A DNA stretch of 63,963 nucleotides, the filler included, from Thraustochytrium aureum (taxonomy: Eukaryota), in NCBI GenBank assembly GCA_012862495.1. It is 9 parts of 6 records of this genome, joined end to end, with 100 filler letters (N's around TTAATTAATTAA, not from the genome) between each part and the next. Parts side by side here need not be neighbours in the genome. Positions count along the whole stretch, not along the records: positions 46,297 to 56,258 come from BLSG01000018.1; positions 56,359 to 57,457 come from BLSG01000018.1; positions 57,558 to 58,578 come from BLSG01000019.1; positions 58,679 to 62,838 come from BLSG01000023.1; 5 more parts are not named here. The stretch is one strand, 5' to 3'. Positions 47,069 to 58,960 of the stretch are shown here, one piece after another. The notes below the pieces were generated by a model. That model ran no database searches, was not told the origin of the DNA, and worked only from the letters and a program-made list of their open reading frames with translations. Each line of letters opens with the position of its first letter. The first letter of the stretch is position 1. The translations under genes and the position numbers were made by a program.

Positions 47069-50000
47069 ATGATGGGTGCAGCCGGAATACACTGGGGTAT
47101 CTTGGTCCTGGTACTCGTCAACATGATCGTGGGCGGACTCGGACTGACGATGACGGTACCGAACGGTGTAGGGCGCCTGACGAGTTCGCCGGGGTGCGTG
47201 ATGCTCGGGAAATCGAATCACTATGGACGATTTATCACTCAAGCTACCGAATCAAGCGCCGCTGACTGCTTTGACAGGTGCATGACTCACTGGGTGACGC
47301 TCGCGACCGGGGCGTTGCTATCTCGACAGATCGTGACGGTGCCGGCAAAATGTTATCGTTTCGCCAAGGGGACTTTTTTGGCCCAGCGGAGTGGAGCAAT
47401 GCTAAAGTAAAGATCTCCAACTTCTGGGACAACCAGGCCTCTTGGACCCGCGTAGACCCCTGCTACGCGGCCGATTATTGCGACACCTCATTCGCTAACT
47501 GTTTCTGGCACATTCCATACCGGTCGACGACGTCCACAAATAATTTTGAGGGAGACAAGAACGACAGGCTTTCTACGCTGCACATCTACCTGGAGAACCT
47601 TGATGCAACTGGGGCCACGCCTCTCATGTGTGTTCGAGCGCGTGAGGACGGGCGAAAGCGCGAAGGTCGACCCTGCCGGTCTTGGGAGTATTCTGCAAGC
47701 AGCAAGGCGTGCCGCATGTGGGATGGATCTACCAAGAATGAAAACTTCGACGGAAAGTTGCCCTCATCATCCCTTGTAGTGACGGGAGACCTGTACTGCA
47801 AAGGAAGTGACTTCACGTCAGACTACACCACAATGCTGGAGAAACCAGGGTGCATGGAAGAAGCTCTCGACTTTCGGGGTGGGGATATCGTACCGGGTCG
47901 AAAAACCGATACTGTGCATGACTGCCGCCGAGCTTGCCAGGCCAACGCCGAGTGTAGGCTGTGGACTTGGAGGACCTGGGACCAACTCTGCTTCATAAAG
48001 CGCTCTGGAGCGCTCAACAACGCCATAGCCACTGGAGGAGTTACGTCGGGGGCTCGGGATTGCCACACTTGTGCTAACGGGTATTTCATTGACACGAGCA
48101 TTTCGAGTGCGGACCAGTGCAAATTGTGCCCCAAAGGGAGCTACTGCCGTGACGGAGTCGCGATTTCTTGCCCCCCCCGCACATCCTGCGAAACGGAAGG
48201 CATGGCTGCGCAATACAATTGCAAGAAGGACCAGTACTGCCCTGGCGGTGCGACTCCGCCTTCATCGTGTTTTCCGGATCGCTTCTCCGAGTACTGCGAG
48301 AAAATGGTCACGTGCGTTCTGTCGAACAGCGTTTGCGAAAATGGAACCTGCTATGGCCTGGACGGGCAAGGAGTATGCTCTCGCTGCACCGAATGGTACT
48401 CTGGCATCAACTGCGAGCACCAAGTCTGCTCCAACTCGGTCCTCGGAGCACAACTCTCCACGGAATTCAAAGAACCGACCGACTTTCATTTTGATCTGTA
48501 CCTTCCGGACAACATTCAAGTGGTACAGACTATCGCTGCTAGCAAGGAGGTCGCCATCCAAGCCCGCTTCCGCCCAGTTGTGTCGGAATCGCAGATCAAA
48601 GAGTACGAACTCACCGCCAGCGGCTCCACGCTTTGGGTTCGCAACATCCCGCAGTGCGGCAACAAGAACCATCTCGTAAACAGTCTCCCCCATCGTGCTC
48701 GGCAACACGAACAAAGCCCCGGTTGGGACTCCTTTCCAGGTCTGCATCAAGGGCATTTGGGAGACTCGCAACAAGGCGTCATATGTACCGCGGAAGTGGG
48801 GAAACGATGAGCCAGGCGGTAGCATACCCAAGCCACAGCCTAGTCTTTGCTTGACACATACGGTCCTGTTCAGCGCTGATGTAGTATTCGTGGTGACAGA
48901 CTTGTCTCAAGCCGCGGGCATCGAGGGAGTCGAAATCGAGTACACAATCGCTGCCGACCGTGAGGATCTTACCCGCATCGCAGCAACGGACTCGGTAGGC
49001 CGCTCTCCAACCAATATCGTGGTGACTGACACTGCGGACAAAATCCACCGCACCAGCATCAACATTAAGCGGGCCGAGAAGATGGCCAACGGAGTGCCGC
49101 GTGACATCAGGCTCTGTCCAAGCGAATCGACGCCCTGTACCAAAGATTCTGCACTGGAGCTTCCGCAAACGCTCGAACTCTCGCATCTCGATCTAGACAA
49201 GGAGTTCCGCTTCGTTGACATTTCCGCGAATCCTATCGAGGGTGTTGTAAACACTCCGTTCCAGGAAAAGGGCGCATCGTGTCCGCTCCAAGGCGTTTTG
49301 GTGGAAGCCGTGGATGCCAAGACCGGTACCGTCGTCAGCCACACCACCACAAGCGAACTGGGCCAGTTTGCTCTTGCTGTGCCCTTCAACACGGTGACGT
49401 CGCTCCGGTTTTCCTACCTGAACCATACATTCGAGCCAGCCGCATCGTCCTCTGAAGCTACCAAACTTCTGTTCAGCAGTGCTGGTTTTGAAGGTTGTTT
49501 GGGCCAATTACGAGCGTGTCTATCGCAGACGTTCAAGTGCAAGATCTCACGCTTTTCGCTGCCGCGACGGCATGCGAGTTCAACGTTGGCAACGTGCGAG
49601 CAACTTTTACCGTAACCAGTTGCCCGTCCATCGTTCTCGAGCGNNNNNNNNNNNNNNNNNNNNNNNNNNNNNNNNNNNNNNNNNNNNNNNNNNNNNNNNN
49701 NNNNNNNNNNNNNNNNNNNNNNNNNNNNNNNNNNNNNNNNNNNNNNNNNNNNNNNNNNNNNNNNNNNNNNNNNNNNNNNNNNNNNNNNNNNNNNNNNNNN
49801 NNNNNNNNNNNNNNNNNNNNNNNNNNNNNNNNNNNNNNNNNNNNNNNNNNNNNNNNNNNNNNNNNNNNNNNNNNNNNNNNNNNNNNNNNNNNNNNNNNNN
49901 NNNNNNNNNNNNNNNNNNNNNNNNNNNNNNNNNNNNNNNNNNNNNNNNNNNNNNNNNNNNNNNNNNNNNNNNNNNNNNNNNNNNNNNNNNNNNNNNNNNN

Positions 50001-53000
50001 NNNNNNNNNNNNNNNNNNNNNNNNNNNNNNNNNNNNNNNNNNNNNNNNNNNNNNNNNNNNNNNNNNNNNNNNNNNNNNNNNNNNNNNNNNNNNNNNNNNN
50101 NNNNNNNNNNNNNNNNNNNNNNNNNNNNNNNNNNNNNNNNNNNNNNNNNNNNNNNNNNNNNNNNNNNNNNNNNNNNNNNNNNGAACTCGCTCGTTGCTTT
50201 TTACCGACGACAGCGCTGTCCCGCTCATGTACCTTTACGCGCCGCCCGCATCCTCGGAAGGCTCGTTCGCGAGCGTGACCATGGAGGGGTCTTTTGCGAC
50301 AACGACAGAGTCTCGCTTGCAGGCGGAGGACGAGCGTGGATTCTACGCAAGCGCTGGGGTCAAGGCGGAGGTGGACTCTATGTTTGCTCGGGGGTCTTTG
50401 TCTGTGATGTTTGGCAACGGCATGGTCAAAACCGAGCTGGATTCGCTGGACGACTCGGTCATCATCAAAACCGAGTCGCGCTCCATTCAGCTCAAGACCC
50501 CCGCAGGCCTGTCCGGAGACGACGCCAACATGGTCTTCTACATGGGTAGCGTTGCCAACTTGACCGAGACCACGTTCGTGCGTTATGACGAAGCCAAGTG
50601 CGAAATCAAAACCGCCCCATCCATCACATGGGGCAACAGTGCGAGCTCCTTGGTCTTTTTTTCAAGGAGCGACTGCGAGGCATCGCTCGAGCTGGTGCGA
50701 CGGACCATTGAAGCGGCTGGTGACGACCCGAAGTCTGCACAACTCGTGAAGCGCGCCAAACTCGAGCTGGCCAAGTGGTCCAACCTCTTGGCTCACTGGG
50801 ATACCGACCGAGCCAACGCGCGCAGCAACCCCGTCGACCTCTCTGGTCTCGTGACGGGCGCGAGTCCGAGCGGAGTGAAGACCAACCGGATCACGTTCGG
50901 GGCCAGCGAAATCGCGATCATCGAGTCCAAGAGCGCGTCCATGTCCAAGACAGTGGACTTTTACTCGTTTGTCGGCGAGTCCGAGCTGTCAATGGACGTG
51001 GAGGCCGAGTTGATGCTTGGGTTCAGCTCGGTGTTTGCTGGCGTGTCGGCTTCGTCGCAGATGAGCTTGGTCCGGACAGTGACGGCGGAGCGCTTCGTGG
51101 AGGAAGAAAACCAAGACGGCCTCACGCTAGAGACCTACTTTAGCGATTCCGATGCTGGCGACACGTTGTGCGTGGAGATCTACGAGTCCCCTTACTCGGG
51201 GACATATGTGTTCGAGGTCTGCGGCGGCACAACTCGATGCCCGCACATTCCCGGCACAGACGCTCGCGAAGTCATTTCCCTGCTCTACGACGAGCGGCCG
51301 CGTCAGGTGCTCACCGAGGACGAGGGGAGCTTTTCGTTTTTCATCGACACGACGTCCATCCCAGTCGGAAGCGATACCCTCGACCTGCTCATTTCGACAG
51401 ACTCTCTCAGCGCCACTGGCCGTATCGCATACCGGATCGGCGCGTCGAGTCTGAACCAGCCAGTGGCCGTGAGTATCACTGGCCGTAGGCAGCACCAGGT
51501 AACCGTCTTTTACAGCCGACTGGATCCACGAGTTCGGTCGACGACGGTCACGATCCAGGTCGATTCAGCCTGCGACGGCAGCGTCTCCGCGACGTTGCCA
51601 TTTACTCTCACGTGGGGGTCCGACTGCCCGCCCGTGGCGTGGAGCGGCCTGCTCGAGCAGCCGGGCTCGACCTGGGTGGTGTCTAGCTCCTCCACGGACC
51701 TGCCGCTGAGATTCAGTCAAGATGCTCCTGCGGACCCGGCCGTTCAGTCCAGTGTGAGCGTGTGGTACAAACGTTACGTCGCGGAGATTGGCGTGGGTGA
51801 CTGGGCCGAGCTTGGCCAGTTTGCGCCAGGGGAGACGTCCATGACAATCAGCGCCGAGGACGCCAAGCTCAAAGAGGGCGGCGCTACCTGCTTGAGCTCC
51901 GCGCGTCCTGCACAAAAAGGGACGCTGGGGCCAACCGCCGGATCGGCGAGACCCGGTCTGCGCATCGGCTCGGCCTCAAAGACACGAAGGGACCGCGCGT
52001 TGCAGCCTGGACCCCCACCTTTGACGTTCGTTCGCCGATGAGCGGCCTGCCCGTCGCTCAGATCCGGTTCGACGAGCCAGTCGACTGCGCCCACGACGGC
52101 CTCAAAGCAACCGTGACGAGTGGCGACGGCAACATGGAGGCGGAGACCGGCATTTCCTGTTCTGGCCACCTTCAGCAGCTCGCGATCATTGTTATGTTTC
52201 CGAGCGCGAGCGCGGCGGCTGCCTGGAATAACTCGGCCGTCGTCTTGCGCCTTGATGGCGTTCGGGACCTGCACGNNNNNNNNNNNNNNNNNNNNNNNNN
52301 NNNNNNNNNNNNNNNNNNNNNNNNNNNNNNNNNNNNNNNNNNNNNNNNNNNNNNNNNNNNNNNNNNNNNNNNNNNNNNNNNNNNNNNNNNNNNNNNNNNN
52401 NNNNNNNNNNNNNNNNNNNNNNNNNNNNNNNNNNNNNNNNNNNNNNNNNNNNNNNNNNNNNNNNNNNNNNNNNNNNNNNNNNNNNNNNNNNNNNNNNNNN
52501 NNNNNNNNNNNNNNNNNNNNNNNNNNNNNNNNNNNNNNNNNNNNNNNNNNNNNNNNNNNNNNNNNNNNNNNNNNNNNNNNNNNNNNNNNNNNNNNNNNNN
52601 NNNNNNNNNNNNNNNNNNNNNNNNNNNNNNNNNNNNNNNNNNNNNNNNNNNNNNNNNNNNNNNNNNNNNNNNNNNNNNNNNNNNNNNNNNNNNNNNNNNN
52701 NNNNNNNNNNNNNNNNNNNNNNNNNNNNNNNNNNNNNNNNNNNNNNNNNNNNNNNNNNNNNNNNNNNNNNNNNNNNNNNNNNNNNNNNNNNNNNNNNNNN
52801 NNNNNNNNNNNNNNNNNNNNNNNNNNNNNNNNNNNNNNNNNNNNNNNNNNNNNNNNNNNNNNNNNNNNNNNNNNNNNNNNNNNNNNNNNNNNNNNNNNNN
52901 NNNNNNNNNNNNNNNNNNNNNNNNNNNNNNNNNNNNNNNNNNNNNNNNNNNNNNNNNNNNNNNNNNNNNNNNNNNNNNNNNNNNNNNNNNNNNNNNNNNN

Positions 53001-53407
53001 NNNNNNNNNNNNNNNNNNNNNNNNNNNNNNNNNNNNNNNNNNNNNNNNNNNNNNNNNNNNNNNNNNNNNNNNNNNNNNNNNNNNNNNNNNNNNNNNNNNN
53101 NNNNNNNNNNNNNNNNNNACGGCCAAGCACCGTGTGCTCGTCGCCCACTTGCTACCGCTCAGCGTTTTGCAGGTGGCGCTTCGCCTGCCCGCCCAATAAA
53201 AAGTTCTGCAAGCAGCACGAATGCACTCCTCGGTCGCAACAGCTTTGTAAAACCCTGAGCGCTGTGGTTGATGCAGGCTCGCTGTGGTGGTCAGTTTTCA
53301 CGGCCGGCGCCACAAACCTAGCTAGAGCCGGAGGCCGAGTCCAAAATGCAGTCCAGAAAAGGCCGAGCAAGCCTTCACATCCTTGCTTAGACCCGTTGGA
53401 AGCCTGA
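47069..53407 (+). CDS. Very large secreted modular protein (Apple/PAN, Cys-rich GCC2/TNFR-like, EGF and beta-rich domains); several frameshifts and two gaps, C-terminus uncertain
   Basis: Signal peptide; DFRGGDI..DCRRACQANAECRLWTW..CFIK (Apple); CKLCPKGSYC; CENGTC..CTEWYSGINCE (EGF); consecutive same-strand ORFs overlap at 47278, 48695, 49495 and 52038. Confidence 0.7.
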
Positions 53408-54028
53408 ATGAGACTAGCTAGTGCTTCGCGCGAATCGAGCATCACCATCCAGGGCGAGCGACCCTTGACCTGCCAACGACTCGCAACGTACTCTACCGCC
53501 ACGTCCCTTCTGCCCACCAGCTTGCCCCCCAGCCAACCAACCCTCCATCTCACGGCCGAGCACGAGCTGGCTGGCTGGCCGTCAACTCGGCGCTGTTGAC
53601 GAAACGGCCATGGACGGAGCTGGTTTTCACGGCGGTTTTAGGGGGTCAAGTTCTGCTTCTCAACGCTTTCGCCGAGAGCGAAACTCAGTGAAGAGGCGCC
53701 CCGAACTCTGTCCCGCCCTCCACGCCTGCCAGCTCTGGGCGGCGGCGAGTGCCATCATCATCCATGATGAGCGTCGCGTTTCAATGATGATGGCGGATCC
53801 GCATCCAAAAAGGTGCTTTCGAGTTTTCATCAGCTCACGATGAGTTATATTAGTTTCCAATCACTGGAGGCGCCGGCGATCTACGCACCAGCGCTGCTCG
53901 CTCGATCAGGCAGGCTGCCGCTGGCGACGGCGCGGGAATCTGGCGCTGGCACAGGGTTAGGGGAACGGCCTGAGAACGGAGAGGCTCTGCTTGAACCCCG
54001 AGGCAGTGAGATTTTTTTTCTGGCTGAG

Positions 54029-56258
54029 ATGCTCACCCAGAAGACGCCGCGTTTGCGCTTGGCCACAAACTGCAAATACCTCGGAGCTGGACTGCTTGTG
54101 GTTCTCGTGCTGCTGTGGTCTGCACAGCCCCGTCAACGCTTCATAAATGCCTTGCCAACAGTGGACGGTGTGGATGACACAGACTCCAGAATTGGCGACA
54201 AGCCGCCCGTTGCTGCACGAGTCAACAGGACTGGAGCCAACTTGGCATCAATAAGCTCGGCCAAAGCTACCCCACCTCGTGGCAGCCAAGTTAGTGGTTC
54301 CATCGCAGCTTCGCAAGAGCACGCCGGTGGGACCTCGCGGGGCCCTTCTCAGATTGAATCTCGAGCAAGCGAATCAACAGAAATCCAGCCGAACGGCACG
54401 CTTGGAGCCGGCGTTGGGCACGATCCAGCGGCCAGCAAAATGATCATGACGGACCAGCATGAGGGCGGCGGCGACGGAAGGGGAAATAGAACGTCTCTTC
54501 CCACCAGTACATTGGATTTTGCTCCCTTCACAGCGGTAGGCGAGCGCAACACGAGCTCTGCAGCTGCCTCACGGCTGAAAACACCACGAAAGCCTCTCTC
54601 CGCCAGGAGCCTCCTGCTCTCAATCCATCACCCGACCTTGCTCCGCTGGAGAACGCCGCCACGCAGTCAATCGCACGCTCTAGGATAGCGAACGACTCGC
54701 GCGTTTTGGTTCTCTCAACCCAGGCCGATTCCCGCAAGGGGGTCGCAGCCTGCGTCGACACGTACAGCGCAGTGAACGCGCAAAAGCTTGTTGTTGAGCT
54801 GATGAGGTTCGAACCAAGCCCGGAATACCTCGCATACCTCCCTGAAAGCATCCAAGACGCCAACATGAGCTACGTCAAGCTCAAAAAGGGCGTCCCCGAG
54901 GTTGTCACGGCCGCCAGCGTTGCGCAATATCAATACACCCGATTCGGCCAGCCGCCGCGATTCGTCGTTGTAAGCTGCGCCGCGAATTTGAGCGCAGAGA
55001 CGGTGCAAGCGTACTTTGAACACGTTGCAAGCGCCCCTGTGGATGCTTCGTGGTCGGTCTCGCGCGTAGCTTCACCGACGCGGAGGCTACTGTGGACCGG
55101 TACGGCGTCTCGCATATGAAGTTTGCGCGCGGCAAAGCACCGGTTCAATCCGCGTGGCTCGGAGGGTCGCAGCTTGCCCTCGCACGCACATCCGTCTTAC
55201 TTGGTCACGTGACACAGGACAGGACAACCTCCCCAGACGTTGTGATGTCGCGGCTCTGTCTGTCGATGGGCCACAACAACTGCTATGCGGTTGACGAGAA
55301 CGGACGGCGTGGGCCAAGGCTCACTGGTGGACAAAAGTATCCCATGCCGATGCACTACCTGCACATCCCCAAAGCGGGATCCACGGCGTCCAACATGTTC
55401 TTGATGCACGCATGCCCAGGCGTCGTAGCCGACCCCACGTTCAAGTACTTTCTTGAACCAGACGAGGCCTCGATGTCGGGCTGGTGGCAAAAGTGCAACC
55501 CGCGCTTTTACGCGTTTCGCAGCGGCCACTTTGCTGTAAGGAAGGCGCACTGGGCCAAGGCGCGTGGCCGGGTGGTCACCATGTTTCGCGAACCAATCAG
55601 TCGAATTGTATCAGGATACTTTTATGGCTACCACGATTGCAGTCTGGAGTGCAGGTCGCTGTTGAGAGAGACGGGCGACATTCCGGCGTTTTGCGAGACA
55701 AAAACCAGATCAAGGCGAGCCCCACTTTGGCCGACATTGAACTTTATGCCAACATGACTGGAGCGTGCATGTCCAGGATGCTAGTTGGCGGACGGTGCTG
55801 CTCCCTGTTCCCAACCGAGATGGAGACTGTGGCCCCAGACTCGCCGGACGGGCACCCTCTCCTGCAAGCAGCGATCAGTCGCCTTGACGATCTCGGCTTT
55901 ATCGGGCTCACCGAAGACTTTGAGAGTACAAAGCGTGCCTGGGTCCGCCTCTTTGGCTCGGAAGCGATGCCGTTTGACGCCACTGTCAACGTACGTCCAA
56001 CAAAAGCAACGCGTCAGCAAACGGCACGCGCCGCGGCTCTCCTGGTCAGCTCGGGCTACAGAACCGTCGACGATCTGCTTTATGAGGAAGCACGGCGAAA
56101 GTTTGCCCAGCAGCTCGTCCGCGACCCCGACGACTGGACGGAAGCGCAGCGCAAGGCGCTCGAGTACGGCAACGTAAAGGACAGCTCTTCCACGCCCGAC
56201 CTCGTCGAAATCCTAGCGACAGCGGCCTCGCCATATTCTACCTCTGGCGCTCAAGACT
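54029..56258 (+). CDS. Type II membrane (Golgi-type) sulfotransferase-family protein; frameshifts near 54570, 55050 and 55700; 3'-partial
   Basis: N-terminal TM (LGAGLLVVLVLLW), stem, 5'-PSB HYLHIPKAGST, 3'-PB TMFREPISRIVSGY, FIGLTEDF and DDLLYEEARRKF. Confidence 0.82.
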
Positions 56259-56358
56259 NNNNNNNNNNNNNNNNNNNNNNNNNNNNNNNNNNNNNNNNNN
56301 NNTTAATTAATTAANNNNNNNNNNNNNNNNNNNNNNNNNNNNNNNNNNNNNNNNNNNN

Positions 56359-57286
56359 GGGTCGCCTTGGCATCTGGCCCGCCAGATTCTTGCGCTAGAC
56401 GCGACGCGTCCCAGCCCTGCACGGCCCCGTTGTCGGCAGAAGTGACCACGACACAGCCCGACACCCCGTCAAAGGCAACGCAGCCGATGCGGGCCTGGCC
56501 CGTGACGCAGGCGATACGAGCCTCTTCGATGGGGATGCCCTTTTCGGTCTCCTTCATTTGGCGCGCCCAGAGCGCGGCGCTGAGCTGCACGAAGGAGACG
56601 GTTGAGCCGTGGCAGACCGCGAAGGCGCGCTCGTTGTGTGGGTGCCAGGTCACCGTGCTCGAGCCGTCGCAGCGCAGCCGAATTGCCTCGCGAAACTGGA
56701 CCTTCTCCAGGCCTTCGTCGTAGCGGAGCTCCCACACCGTTGCAAAGCCGTCGTCGCTGACCGTTGCGACGAGGGAGCCGAGCCGCGGGCAGAACTTGAC
56801 GTCTGTCACGCGCCCGCCGTGCGGGAGGAGCGCCGACTTAACCGACGGCGTGTGGATCGCGCGCACGTTGTCGTCCTTTGCTGCGTAGGCAATGAAGATG
56901 GCGCTTGATCCCACGCGCGTCCCGCCGAGCTCAACGCCGCCCTTGTTTTGGATAATTGAGATTTTGGTTGTCTCGAGGCTGTGCGGCGCAGCGTACGAGT
57001 CGTTCACCACCACGCGATCCGCTTCGAGCGACACGTATGGCGCGGCTTGCGCGACAATGGCGACGCCCTGCGCCGCGTTGGGCAGCTTTTGCTGCTCATT
57101 GAAACTCGTGGGCGACTTGCCGCCGAGCAGCCTTTGAAAATGCAGCTGCGCGGCCGAGGTGGCCGGATCGTCGTTCATAGCACTCGCTCCGGCCGATGGC
57201 AGCGGGGGCGGCGGCGTCCCGCTCAGCTGCGGCGGCCCGCTCGCCAGCCCCGGGAAGAGCTTGTTCAGCTTGTCCGACTTGGACAT
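56359..57286 (-). CDS. EDC4/Varicose(Ge-1)-like WD40 protein, N-terminal part (3'-partial)
   Basis: FIAYAAKDDNVRAI..HGGRVTDVKFCP..LVATVSDDGFATVWEL..VTWHP. Confidence 0.7.
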
Positions 57287-57557
57287 CTCGCAGCTCGGCA
57301 GTCCGCACTACCCGTCAAAGCCGAATCGCAGCCGCTTCTCTCGCCCTGCCCACCGCGCTCGTCCCGAGCAGCAGCGTCACGAGCCCCAGACCACCGCCTT
57401 GCGCCCGCCCTCGCACGCTCCCGTCCGGCTTGCAGCTCTGCGCCCGCCGCCCAAACTNNNNNNNNNNNNNNNNNNNNNNNNNNNNNNNNNNNNNNNNNNN
57501 NTTAATTAATTAANNNNNNNNNNNNNNNNNNNNNNNNNNNNNNNNNNNNNNNNNNNN

Positions 57558-58578
57558 ATGCTTCGTGCGAAGCGCAAGAGGCTCAACACCTTATGCGGTA
57601 CTGGTACGGCAACTACTCGTACCATATGGCCGAGCTGCGTGAACAGTGCGGCGCGTTGCGGCTGGCGCTTCGCAAGGCAACGACGTGGGCCAAGGGGGTG
57701 CACCGCACCTTGTTTGAGGTAGTGGATGACCTGCGCCGCGTGCGGATGCTTGAGAACCAACAGCGCCTGGACGCCGAGGACGCGGACTCGACGGTGCGCG
57801 ACATGTACGAGCTGGAGAGCCACGCCAGCGCGGTCGAGCTCGCAATGCAGAGCATGGAGCCGTTTAAGCGTCGAGGGATCTCCATCTCACGCGCCCACGC
57901 GTTCACAGAGATGGTGACCACGGGCGAGGCCATCAAGGCTGAGGAGGATGCGTTTTACGCGCTCTTCAACGCCCAGGAGCTCCTGCGCGACTACTGCGGC
58001 GCGGCGCAGTACGCGCTGCCAGGCAAGCGCGCCGAGCTCCTCGATATGTGCAAAGTCAGACTGGGCGTCACCAAGAACGCCCAGGACTCCTTCCAGTCTC
58101 TCGCTGCCCAGCTCGACCGCGTCCGGAAGCTGGTCGGCAATGACCTAAAGGCGTTGCTGTTCAAGGCGGTCAGGACCACGTACGAGGAGAACCTCGACGT
58201 GACATCGGTGATCAACATGGCCGAGTTCAGGGCGAGTGGTTACTCTAGGTTCGAGTTTGTGCTGGGCGGGCCTGCCGCGTCGCGCGAGCCGGCGCTACGG
58301 GAGACCAGCGCGCTTGTTCCGAACAACCCGTACTTTTGCCGCCAGGGCTTCAAGCCAGGTGACGTGGAGATGCGGAGCTTTGGGATCGTGTTCTACGACG
58401 CGGACGACAAGCTGATCGGTTTCGAGGCCTCTCCGACTTCGGCCCGCCGCGACATAAATGTCGCCATGAACATGTCTGGGCCATTTGTCAAAGCCAACCG
58501 TGGTCGCAGCGTGGCGTTTGATATTCGAAATCGCTTGAGCGAGCTCGAGGGCGGCGTGGAGCGCTCCATGTACGACGC
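57558..58578 (+). CDS. Hypothetical protein fragment; frame is open across the whole small scaffold
   Basis: Uninterrupted frame with host-like codon use; no motif recognised. Confidence 0.65.
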
Positions 58579-58683
58579 NNNNNNNNNNNNNNNNNNNNNN
58601 NNNNNNNNNNNNNNNNNNNNNNTTAATTAATTAANNNNNNNNNNNNNNNNNNNNNNNNNNNNNNNNNNNNNNNNNNNNATATC

Positions 58684-58771
58684 TAGATACCTACTAAACT
58701 CCCCTTAAGGGGAGTTTAGTTGTAACGGAAATATTGTGTCCGATGCATAAGCTCCCCTTAAGGGGAGTTTA
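58684..58771. repeat. Left end: terminal TAGATACC, perfect 28-bp palindrome (58693-58720), TGTCCGATGC box (58737-58746), second palindrome (58748-58771)
   Basis: ACTAAACTCCCCTTAAGGGGAGTTTAGT is its own reverse complement. Confidence 0.92.
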
Positions 58772-58960
58772 CATGGCCAGATCGCAGCACTTCCCCTCCA
58801 CGTATCACAGCCAGTGATTTGGGTAGACCTTGCAGATTTCCGCAAGTCGTGGAGGACAGCCCAGACAGCGATCCTGCAATTCGGTTTGGCCCAGTGCACA
58901 GCACGGGGCACGCGGTGCGCGATCGGGGGGGGGGTGCGGAGCCTAGTTACAAGGTGAAGG

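Noticed and set aside
58693..58771. Palindromic repeat-spacer-repeat that resembles a mini CRISPR array
   Set aside because: Only two units per end, mirrored at the far end of a transposase gene, eukaryotic context and no cas genes; better explained as transposon end motifs.
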